A stretch of DNA of 56,868 nt from Candidatus Iainarchaeum sp. (GTDB taxonomy: Archaea > B1Sed10-29 > WALL01): the NCBI GenBank assembly GCA_023129115.1, contig JAGMCR010000005.1:1-56868 (forward strand), given 5' to 3'. A model generated the notes under the pieces. It was given only the letters and a program-made list of their open reading frames with translations. It searched no databases and was not told where the DNA came from. Position numbers and translations under genes: made by a program. How positions within the stretch are numbered: position 1 is the stretch's first letter; every line of letters starts with the position of its first letter. This document shows positions 1 to 12,000 of this stretch, piece after piece.

Positions 1-3000
1 CGGCTGCACCTGCTGGCTCGGCTGCCTCTGCCGCAGCCCTGCGGGCCTCGCGCTCATCCACGCGGGCCATGGATCTGTCAACTATTTCGCCCACCTTAGC
101 AGACTCTGCCAGCGCCTTCGTGCGCAAGGCCTCCAGAGTCCGTGGCCTCACGATGAGCGGGGTCATAACGCCCGCCTCGTCCGCGAGCTTTTTTACGTAC
201 TTGGTTTCCTGCATATTGGGGTGAAGAGCAAGTATAAGCGGTGGGCTATACCTCTCGACTTCGTGCTTCATCTTCTCGTGGAAGTCCTCGCTCTCCCAGT
301 CCTCCTCGACCTCAATGTTCTCGAGAGCCCTCTCCCGCAGCGCGTCCAAGGTCTCCTTGGTTACGTGCTGGATTGGCGACTCGCCGGCAACCCTAGAAAG
401 CCTGCCCGCGTAATCCGCGACAGGCTCTTCACCAAGCCTTATTGCGGGGAAGAAAAGCTCGCGCCCCCGGAGGTCCCGCTTCATTCTCGTGTGCTTTGCT
501 GTAGTGAAGCCCCTCGCATCGAGCTGTGTCTCGGCAGCCTCCCTGATTGGAACAACAGGCCCGGCAACCGGCGGAACTGCCCTTGCCGGCGGCCTCTCTG
601 CGGGTGGCACTCCACGCGCTGGCGGCCTTGTTGTTGGCGGCCTTCCAGCGGGCCGTGCTTCTCCTGCTGGCGGCCTTGCCGGTGGCCTTGCCGGTGGCCT
701 TCTAGGCGCGGGAGTTACTTCCTCGCCCCTGTCGCGCGCCCTCTTTCTCCTTATGAGCTCGCGCTTGACCTCGCCCTGCAAAGTGGCGTTCCAGTATTGC
801 TTGTAAATCTTTTTACCACGGTTCGTGTTGGCCGCAATTACCTTGGTGCGGTCCCCGCCCTTCCAGCGCTTCTGGTGCGGCTCGAGCTGGTTCAACACTC
901 TCCTGAACTGCCGGTCATCATAAAGCGCCTCGATTGCGTCGGCCCATTCCTCCACGGTCTCCGGCATCACGCCGAGTGCATCGTGGCAAATTGCGTCAAG
1001 GATTAGAGTGTCCTTGTCGCCCCGTGCGCTGCTGCGGTCGTACGCCCGCACGCCGCCCGTGATGTGGCCCTCTTCCTCGAGCTCCTTCAGCAGGGTAGCA
1101 CCAGTCTCTTCCGGCACCCCGCCGACGTCCGCCGGCTTCTCCCAGTCGTGCACCTTGTCCCCGGATGCATCGACGCGGTCCTTGAGCAGCGCGTAAATGA
1201 GGCGCTGGCCCTCTTTCTTGTAGTGCGCCTGCGCGTCGGCGTCCCAGCGGCTCGGGTCGCCCTGGACATGGTCCAGCTCGTAAGTCATGCCGAGCGACCA
1301 GAAGAGCTGGTCCTTGTTCCTCAATAGCTTGGGCCTGGACTTCACGTTCGAGAGCTCCTTGACCGTGGCACTGGTGTCAACGGCGCGCAGCTCGTCGAAC
1401 GCCACTGGGGTGAAGCCCTGGTAGGCGTCGAGCTTCTCTTCGGCCCTGGGCGTTACCCTGCCGAGCTCTTTTCTTGCCTCGGCCAGCCTCTTGATTAGCT
1501 CGGTTTGCTTCTCCAGGCGCTCGACTTTTCTAGTGCACGTCACCGTGTCTTCCCCTGCCCTCGCCTCGTCCCGGTCTATGCTGCGCTGCTGGGCGACGAC
1601 ATCGCCCCTGCTGGCGCGAATGCTTGACCTTATGCCGTCGGCGGCAAGGCCAGCGAACGCGTGGTCGCCGAAGAATGCCTTCGCCTCGTCGGCAAACCCG
1701 CACTCCTCATAAGCCGGGTTGTTGAGGATGTCAATAAACGGCACTCCACTCACGGCATCCCCCTTGGCGCCGAGCCAGTGCGGCTCATTGGCCGCGTCAA
1801 TCTCGTTCTGGAAGTTGTCCAAATAGGTGAGGGCAAAGTCAAAGTCGTCCAGCTGCTCCTGGAGCTGCTGCTCCCTTGCCGCTGGCCGCGCGTAGCCACT
1901 GGCCGCGTCACGCTCTTCCGTGGCCTCGGCCAGCTCATTCTGCTTGTCCTCCAGGAGGTCGTTGGTCTGCTCGACGAGAGCCCTCCTAATTCTCCGTGCC
2001 TCGGTGTTGACTTGGTCAATCTGCGCCCCCCTCTCTTCCTTGTCGCCCATGCCAAGCTCTGCAATCAGCTTTTTCTTGGCGTGCACCCAGTCCGTGAAGC
2101 GCGGGCCGTCCTCAGTGTCCATGTGCAGGCGCTTCAGCATCGAGCGGAACTTCTGGTACTTCGATTCGGGCAGTGCCGAGTAGTCGATGTCCCTCCCGTT
2201 CGCGACGATGCGGTCGTAAACGCCCAGGAGGCCCTCTTCCCGCATTCTCCTCCTGGCGGCCTCGATGTTGACCTGCCCGCCGTCCATGGTCTCGCGGATA
2301 ATGCCCATTATGTCTTCCGAGCGCTCATAGTCCATGCCAAAGGCGATACGGCCGTCCAGGCCCTCCGGGATAATGCCGCGCCGGGTGAGGTCTTTCGCGA
2401 TGTCGATGAACACCAGCTCGCGGTTCGTGGAAAACTTGAAGAACTTGGCGTACTCGCTCGGGCTCCGCTCCCTGAACTCTTCCTCGACCGGTGAGTCGCC
2501 GTGCAGGACGATGGCCGCCGCCGGGTCCAGGTGGGGATAAGTCATCATTTCTTCTTCCCCGGGCTCAAACGCAACATTCCTTTCGACGTCGACAGTGAGC
2601 GCGTCTTCCATGGACTCGGGGAAGAGGTCGCGGTAGCCGTCCCTCTTTTGGGTGATGTAGTCCACGGTGTCGAGGTCAAACTTCATGAGAGTTTTCTCGC
2701 GCTCTTCCTCGTCAGTGGTGCGGAGTATAAGGTTGTCCTCGTGCTCCAGCGGTGTCCTGAAGTCGCCGCGCCTCATGCTTATCTTTCGGCTGAGGTCCCT
2801 GTCGAGGGCCATTTCCGTCCAGTAATCCTTTTTGGTGACCCACTTGCCGCCGACCTTTACCTTCGACGGCATGTACAGCGTGAACTTGTCCTTGTCGACA
2901 ATCGTGCCGTTGCGGAACGCGCGGACAATCGCCCTCGGGTTTTCCGCGATGCTGCCCACCATACCTTTGAAGGCACTCCTCAGCAGCTTCTTTCTCGTCT

Positions 3001-6000
3001 TCTTGCTCTTGCTGGGGAGGTCGGTTTCATTAATCTTTTTGATTTCTCTTCCGTAAGCCGCGACTGTTTCCCTGAACCCAACGTTGCCGCGCAGGAAGCG
3101 AAGCATTTCCTTGGCGATTGGCAGGTGCGCCTTGGCCACTGCCTTCTCGAGCTTGACGTCGCTCTCCTCGTAATCGGTCAGCACTTTCTCGTAATTGTCC
3201 AGCATCGCCTCCGTGTCCCCGATGTTGTAGTCCGCCGGGTTGTTTTCACTCCAGGCCACCGTCGAGACACGGTCGCGCATAAGCTCGCCCTGCCTCTTGA
3301 ACTGCTCTTTGTCCATTTTAAGGGCGTACTTGTCCGCCTCCTTGTCGATTACCGCGAACTCACGCGCGAGCCTTGCGTTGCCGGTCTTCAGCGCCTTGGC
3401 GTACTTGATTGCCCCGTCGACGACACGCGCCGCCGGCGTCTTCGTGTCCGCCGGGCTGACCGCCTTCCTTATGGCTGCCAGGCTCCTCGGGTCCCGGATA
3501 TTCGTGCCCTTGATGTTGCCGGCAATCCTGACGCCGACCAGGGTGCCGTGGCAGCGCGAGATTATGTCGTAGCCCGCCTTCTTCAGCGCCTGGTACTTCG
3601 CGAACTCTTCCTTGTCGCTGTCCGTGAAAGTCGTGAAGTCATTCATCGCCGTATAGGCAGCGTCCAGGGCATAGTCCGGGTGCTCGAGCAGAAGTATCTC
3701 GTTCTTCGCCACGATGATGTCGTTGAATCGCTCGGGCTGGTTTTGGCGGAGCCCATTCTCCCACTGCGCAAGCTTCGCGTCAAGCTCCCCGAACCGGTCG
3801 CCCTCGGCCGCGTCAAGGCGGCCTGTGCCAACCAGCTTGTCCTGCAGCTCCTCGAACACTGTCCTTTCGGCCACGGTAAGGCCGGCGTGCACGCTGTCCT
3901 TTTTGGCGCGGAGCGTGTCTGCGGGAGTTTCCCCGGCCAGCTTAGCCATGTGCTGCAGGAGCGTCACCCTCGCGGAAGAGCCACTGAATTCGCCCTCCAA
4001 GTCGTCCCAGCCGCGCGTCACGCGGTGCATTCCCGCGATGGCGTCCGCTGCCTCCACCGGGAACGACTCCACGACCAGCTTGCTCCTCTTCGACGGCGAG
4101 GTGCGGGCCTTGTTGTAGGCCCTGGCGACGAGCCAGTGCTTCTCGAACTCGTTCGCGCCCATCTGTTCCCTGAGGCGTCCCGAGCCCTCTGACCGGAAGA
4201 TTGCCTCGGGCACTTCTTCCGGCTTGACGGGCTTGCCGTTGATGACGAACGCCCCCGACTCGATTACCTCGCCGAGCCCGGGCACCCACCTCGGCGCGCG
4301 CTTCAGGACTGCCGCGCCGGGAGTGCCGTGCTTGACGTAGACGACGTCGCGGACGACCTCTTCCCTGCCAGTGCCCTCGTGCACCTTCACCAGCTTCTCG
4401 CCCTCGTCAGTTGTGGAATACGTGAGGCCGTACGACTCGTCGAGCCACCCGTCGAGCCTCCTGGCCTCATCGCCGGTCGCGGTCCTCCGCTCGCCCTCGA
4501 GCTCCGCCGCAGTGTATTCGTGGCGGCTGCCGTCCGCCCTCCTGACTCTTATGCGCTTGGGCACGGCCTTGTGGTAGACTGCACTGCCGCCGAACGCGCC
4601 CTTCGCCCCCAGTAACGGGCCGAAAGCGTCGCGGTCCTCGCCGGCGTTCTCCCGGCTGTCCTTGCAAAGCCTGATGAGGTCGGCCGGCCTCGCGAAGCTG
4701 TAGAACTTCCCGTCGATTGTAATCGCTCCGCCGCCTATGTCATAAGACTCATCGTCGATTTCGACTTGTGGCTTGCGCTCGGGCGGCTCGAACATGCCCG
4801 TGTTTTGCTTGATTTTGGTCTCGATTTCTTTTTTCACTGCCTTAGCCCGCCCGTACTGCGGCCTCATGATTCCCTGGGCCTCTGCCTCGGCAGTAAGTGA
4901 GTGGCCGGTCGCCGCATCCGTAAGCATGGACAGCTCCGCCCTGTCCTGGGGGTCGAACAGGTTGTACTCCTTGCCCAGGATGTTGAGCTTGCCGCCCCTC
5001 ACGGTCGTTGCCACCTCGGTGGCACGGTTGGTCGCGGGGTCTAGGACATAAGCCTTGAACTCCTCGCCCTCGATTTGGCCCAGCAGCGAGGCGTCTCCCG
5101 CCTCCATAAGTTTCCGGGACGCCATGTACACAAGCTGGTCGAAGGCGTCTTCCTCCACGTCCTCAAGCGCCAGGTCAATCACCGTTTTTTTGTCCAGCCT
5201 GGCGAGCCGCCTCCGCGCGGCAGCCTCGGTGAGTGTGGCGTCGTCGGCCCTCAGCTGCCTGATTGCGACCTTGTCGCCGAGCTCTGGCACCTTGTCCACC
5301 AAAAGCTCAGCCATCTGGGCGTCCAGAAAGCCAAAGTAAGTGGTGTCGCGCTGGTCCCTGACAGCGGCCTCCAGCGTCCTGCGCCGCTGGTTGGCGCTGA
5401 AGTTTGCGTAATTCTCCTTCGCATCACCCACTGACTGCCCACTGTCCACAAGCGCCATGACCGTGACCCGCTCGGCCACGTCAGGGTTTGCCCGCACGGC
5501 ATTGAGCAAGTCTTCCTCGGTTGTGTCGTCCGCGTCCAGGCGAGTTATTACGTCGGCCACGGGCTCGTACGCGTCCTCGACTCCCGAAAGGAAGTCCTCT
5601 AGGCACTGCTCTCTCGGGCCGTGGAGCTCGCCAAGCAGCGCTGGGCTCGCCATCTCGGTCACTTTGCCGGTGATTGGGTCGGTCCGGCCGAGCATGACGT
5701 CGAAATGGCTGTCCAGCTTCGACGCCTCCGTGATGTGCCCGCCAAGAAGGATTGCCTCCAAAACCGTGTTTACTTCCCTTTGCCTGCCGCCCGCGTCGGC
5801 AAACGTTATCTTTCCGTCAGCGACAGTATAGCCCTCGAACTCGCCGTCGAGCCTCGCCAGCTTGTCAACAAAGTCCGCCTCGCCCGGCAGCGCCTGGGCC
5901 GCGGGAATAATTTGGTCCACGAACACGCTCTGGTAGTCGTCGCCGAGCGCGTCCTCGACCTCCTTCGTGTTTTGGATTTTGTAGCCCAAGCTGAGGAACT

Positions 6001-9000
6001 GCCTCTCCCTGATGTCGTCGAGCCTCTTCTCGTACGACGTGTCAATGGTCCTGTTCCTGACCATGTCCTCTTCCATCTCGGCGTATTGCGTGGAGAAGTT
6101 TGCCTGCATCTCTGCCTTGGAATAGGTGTCCGCGCCGTTCCTTATGAAGTACTCCCTGTTGAACCTGCCGCCCCAGCACTCCCACTCCGTGGTCTCGACT
6201 TCTTCGGTCGCCTTAACGCGCTTGCCTTCCTTCGTGAGGAACATGTGGCCCTTCAGCCTGTAGTCGTTCCTGTAGCCGTCGGCCGCCGCGCTCTTTTCCT
6301 GGAAGGAGTGGATTGCCTTGGCGACGCTGTTACGGTCGAGCTTGATTCCCACGCGGAACGGGTAGTTTCTTCGCTCCGCGAGGTCGGCGAGCTCCACGCG
6401 GTCCAGTGGGTTCCCCAAGTCGTAGCGCCGGCCCTCCACCGTGACCTTGCCGTCACGGATGCTCGCCTCCTCGTGCGTGGTCCCGCCGGTGTCGGGATCC
6501 GTGGTTATTTTTATTGTCAGGGTCTTGCCCTCGAGCTCTTCGGCCGTAGCCGTGAGCTCGTGCGTGCCGCGCTTGAAGAGCCAGTCCCGGCTCTTGGACT
6601 CCTCGACGCCGTCGACGTAGCGGTAGAGCCTCACAAGCGTCTCTGCCTCTGGCGCGGAGTCTGCGGGCAGCGTGCCCAGGAACCGGAAGCGCTGGAGCAG
6701 CGCCTTGGTGTCCTCGCTGAGCCCCGCGTCCCCGAGCAGTGAATCAATGTTGTCGCTCGCGGAGTTGGCCTTGTCAAACTCTCCCCACTTTAGCCTCTGG
6801 TTGGACACGCGCACGGTTCGGCTGAAGTTATAGACCTCGGTCTCGTCCAGTGTCGAGCCAGCCGCGAACCTGCCCTCGGTAATTGGGCTGTCGACATTGT
6901 GCCAGTCCTCGTGCGTGTCCGGCTCCAGGAACTCTGCCTCCTCTTCTTCCGGGGTGAAGCCATAGTACTGGAGCGTGCGCCCATCGAACCTGAACCCGTC
7001 GTGCCCGCCAAGTATTTCGTTGACAGTGTTCCCGCCGTACCTCTGGAACAAGTCCCTCACGCGCTCGTGCGTCTCCTCGCTCTCGTCGTCGAACTTGTCG
7101 AGCAGCTCGCCCCTGAGGGCTGCCTCGAACGCCCTCTCGGCCGCCGGGTCCTCAATCTGCACGGCCCCTCCCCTCTTTATGCGGACCGGGAGAGTCCGGC
7201 TCTTGTCCGTGACTACATAGAACGCGCCTGTCTGGGCTTTTGCGTCGCCAAGGATTTTGTCGGCGACCACGCGCTCGTAGCTGTCGCCGAGTTCGCTCAT
7301 GAGCTCACGCGTGTTAAATGTCCTGCCCTCTACGTCCAAGTAGTCACTGAACAGGTCAACCACCACTGCCTCGCCGCCCTCGTCCTCGAACGCCAGCACG
7401 CCGTCGCCGACGGCGTACGTCGTGCCCTCGTGGGTGAACGCGTAGTCCATGTTGGCGACTATATCCCTTTCGTCAAGAGTGATGGCGGTGGGGTTGACGC
7501 GCTCGAAGAGGGTTTCGTCCGCAACGCCGTGGGCGCGGGCCATGTTCATCACGTCGCCGTACATCGGGTTCCACTCGACCTGTATCTGCTTGCGCTCGGT
7601 CTGCAGGTCGTTGTATGCGAGCACCTTGGCCTCGGGCCCGTTAAGCCTCTCGACTGTTTCCGCCCATTGCGCTGGAGTGAGCTCGATGGGCCACTCCTTC
7701 ATGCCCTCAAGCACCGTGGCCATGTCAAGCATGCGCTGGGTGCGTGCCATGCTGCTAATGGATTTGCCCTCGAGCTCCTCGGCGCTGCCCGTGACCTTTT
7801 CGCCGAGCCTCTCGAAGTAGCGGCGCGAATCCGTCTTGAATTCCCTGACTGCCTCGGAATCGCCCGTCCGAAAGCCCATCTGCCGCCTAGCGTTCTGCCG
7901 CAGCGCGGCCCAGCTGTTCTGCACGCGCTCCTGGGCGTCCTCGAGCCTGCCCACGCGCTCGCGCTCCCAGTCAATGGTTGCCTCCCTGCGCTGGCGCCTG
8001 TTCTCGATTCCCCTCAGCTCGCGGCGCGGGTTCAGGTCCCTAAGCTTCTTCCAGGCCCTGGCCCACTCGTGGTAGTCCGGGTTGTAGAGGCTGGCCGTGG
8101 CCCTGTCGAGCCCGCCGACTGCATCGTCGAACTTTTCCTTGAGCGGCTCTTCCCCGGGGAAGAGCTTCTTGGCGCTGATGTCGGGCACGCTTATGTCGGC
8201 CTCCTCGTCCTCGGCCGTGATGTCGCCGTACGCCTCCCTCTGCGTCTCGAACGGGAGTGCGGAGTGGTGCTCTTCGTATGCCTCGGCCTTTTCCTCGGGA
8301 GTGCCCTCGCGCATCACTTCCTCAAGCGCTTTGGCTGCCTCGTTCCTTTCCTCGACAGTGGCCTTGATTTCTTTCCTGACGCGGAAGCCCGGCCTCACGC
8401 GCCGCTGCATGAAGCGCGTGAACGCGTTGGTCCCGGTGAGGCGCAGCTCCTTGACGGCCTTTTTGTTGTTGGCCAGGTCGTCGAGCGTGTTAATCCTGTA
8501 TTTTGCGAGCGTGTTCTTGACCCACGCCTCCTCGTGCTTGATGTCGGCGTCGTCCAGCATTCTCGAGACCTGGCTGTCAATTGGCAGGCGCCCCCTCACG
8601 TACTTGGCGCGCCGGCCGAACTCCCTCGCGAACCTCTGGGGGTTCCAGGTGGCGGGCCTGCGCCCGTGCTCGTCGACGAAGTCCCTCAATGCCGCGAGGG
8701 CTGCGTCGACCTCGGGCCCCTGGTTCCTGTCGGGGTCGGCTTCTATCTCGTCAATATCTGGCCCCACGACGCGGAGCAGCTCCTCCCGGTTCCGGCCACG
8801 CAGGCCTTCTTCCTGCTCGGCGAGTCTGGCCTCAAACATGGGGGCGTGCAGCTTGCTAAAGACTTCTGCGAATTGCGCCGCGTCCCAGGCGCCTGTCTCC
8901 TCATAGTCGGAGATGAACTCCTGTGCTGCCCGATAGTTTTCGTTCGCGTCGGCATTTGGCATGAACTCCGCGAAATCCCTGAGATAACTATCTGCTGTCC

Positions 9001-12000
9001 TGCGGCCCTCGGCGGCGCCCAGTGCCCCGAAGCGGCTCTTTACCTCTTCTTCTGTTTTGCCGTACGCGACCTCATTAATCTGCCTAGTCAGCTTGGCGTA
9101 CTCGTCGCCGTCCCACTCGGGCGCCTCGCGGTAGTTGTCGACAATGTCCTCTGCCTCCTCAAGGCGGCGCCGTGCGCGCCTGTCCGGGTAAAGGTTAATG
9201 CTCGTGCGCAGGTCGGCGAGCACTTCGTCCGCCGCCTCGACCGCGTCCCCGCGGCTCATGTCTTCCATGCGGTAGCGCGACAGCGCCTCGCTCACGCGGT
9301 CGTACGTGCCCTGTGGCATCTTGTCCGAGTACCTCTGCTTGAACTGCTCGAGTGCGTCCCACTTCTTGTTCCGGATGGCCTTCTCGACCTTCAGCATCAT
9401 CTCGGCCGCTTGCCTGTCCGCCTTCTTGACTTTGGCGTCCTTGCCCCTGAACAGCATGTGCCCAAGGCTCTTGCTCGACAGCGCGTCCTCAAGCGACAAA
9501 AGGCTCTTGTTGTCCCTCTTGCCAGCCGCGCCAAGGAAGCTCTGCACCTCTTCCGGCGAGTACTCAAGGCCCTGCTCCCTCATGAACACGGAAAGCTGCT
9601 TTGTCACAGGCGCCAGTTCCTGCGCCCCGTAAACCGCGCTGACATACTGCGTGGCAAGCTGCTTCTCAAGAGCCTGCCACCTCTCCCGCGACAAGCCCTC
9701 GAACTCGTCGCGCGTCCTGTCCGGGAAGAGTTCGACCAGCCTCTCAATGTTCTTCTGCTTCACCGCCTCAATCCTGTCAAGCGCAACCCTCGCCCTCTTG
9801 GTGAGGCGCTCGTGCGTGGCGTCGTCTGCCACGCGCGCATAAGACTCGTGGCCCATGACGTTCTTCTTCATGTGGTTGAGGACTGCCACCTTTTCCCGCG
9901 GCGTCCTCGCGGCCAGCACCCGGCCAACCCCCAGGACCATGTAGGCGCGCCTCTGCGTGCGCTCGTCAAGATTGTCCCAGTTCTTCCACGCGACGCGCTG
10001 GAGCGCGTCAAGGTCTTCCGCGGCCGCCAGCTCGTTCACGCGCCGCCTGATTGCTGCGTTGGGGTGCGTCGCCAGCTCCGCAATCCCTTCGTCGCGGTCG
10101 GACTCAAGCTGTTCCGCCAGCTTCCTCATGAGGCTCCTGCCCTGTGCCTTCTTCCGCGGCGACTTTATGAACTTGAACTTTTCGTGGTCGCCCTTGACAA
10201 GCAGGTAGCCGAGGTACTCGCTCCCAAGCGCCTCGTCAACCGTCCCTATGCGCTGGTCGCTCCGCTGCCGCGCAAGCTGCATCAATGCGTCGAGGTTCGC
10301 GCGGGTGTAGCCCCTTGTCCCCTCGCCGGTAGCCTCCAATAGCCTGAACATCTCGCTCGCGGTGTCGGACACGGGAAGCGGCTCGGCGCCTTCTTCAGCT
10401 GCTTCTTCGGCGCCTTCTTCGGCGCCTTCTTCGGCGCCTGGCTCGCCCTCAGGCCTAGGCCCGAGGTCGCCGTGGTAATACGCGCGGGTCACCCTATCCC
10501 ACATGTCAGTCAACTGCGGCGCGCCCGCCGGTGGCTGTGCGCCAGGCGGCACTGCGCCAGGCGGCACTGCGCCAGGCACTTCTGCGCCCGGTGGAGCGGC
10601 TGCTGCTGGAACAAGCTGCACTTCCTGCTGCCTGTCCATGATGGACTGGTGCAGTTTTTCAGCGATTTCCTTAGCCTTCTTCTGCTCGATGTGGTCCTGC
10701 AGCCTGGCGAGTGCCTTCCTGTACTCGTGGCCTTCCACCCCCTCGAGTGCGTCCCTGATAACGCCCCGCCTGCGGTTCAATACTTCCAAGCCGTTCCTGA
10801 GCTGCATGCGCTCCTCGACCGTGAGGTCCTCAAAGTGTGTTATTTGGCCAAGCCGGTCCTTCAGGTTGAACAGCCTCGTGAGCTTCACCGAGTCGTTTTG
10901 CTCTTCCGGCACCCCCTCTGGCGTCGGGACTGCTCCCGCCATCACTCCTGAGTGCTGGGCAAGCGCATTGATTGCGGTGAACACCTGCTCTTCGTCAAGG
11001 TCACGGTAGTCGCGCCCGCCGATGAGCGTGCGAAGATTCTGGCGAAGGCCCTGCCTTAGCTCGCCCTCCTGGTAGACTCCTTCCTGGAGCCGGTTGAGTG
11101 GCTGGATTATGTCTGTGCCAATGCCACTTGTTTCTGCCTTGTCCTTGAGGTCGGCGAACTCAAGATTGGTGACGCGGCCCTGGCCGGCGCGCTCCTTGTC
11201 TATGAGCCGCTGGATTGCATCGCCCATTTGGCCGTAGGCACTAACGCGCTCGGGCGAGAGCCCTGCGTTGAACTGCCGGAGGTTCGAGTGGACATTTACC
11301 AGTGCGCGCATGTCGCTCTGGCCGATGTTGTGATATGCCATGTCCGGGCTTGCGACGCGCGTGATTGCCTCGTGCTGGTCCTCGGGAATGCCGAGCTCGT
11401 TCAGCACCTGCCTCATTCCCGCGGCGCCGAGGTGGCGGACACTGTCAGTAACCTGGTCCTGGGTCCGCTGCGGGCGCTGGGCGAGGTTCTCCAGCGTCTG
11501 CTGCATGGGGTTCTGCGCGGCAGCGTCCTGCTGCGCGTTTGGGTTGACGCCCAGGCCCTGGTAGCCCCGCTCCATCTGGCCCGCCACAGAATTGCGGCTG
11601 CTCATGTTGTTGTACAACTCGAGCAATAGGTCCTTGTGCACCTTGTCGCCGGCCTTGTACGAAAGCGGCCCGGCCCGGCCGTGCCTCTCGTTCAGGGCGC
11701 TTGCCTCTTCGTGAGTAATTGGAGTGTTAAGGAAAGCACGAATGTTGCGGGTGCCAGACCACGCGGTCTGGCTCCAGTGGATTTCGTGCCTGAAGATGTT
11801 GAACGGCGAGAACCGCGACGCCCCGTACTTTTCCCTCGCGTCGGCCTCGTCCACCTTTGCCCTCTCGAGCCGCACAAGCAGCGGCTCCAGCTCAGGGCCA
11901 CGCATCCCCATTGCATGGGACTGTACAAAAGCTGTGTGGGCGTAAAGCCGGTCCCACTTTTTTCTCCTAAGGTTTTCTCTCAAATCGCCAGTCGATTTTC

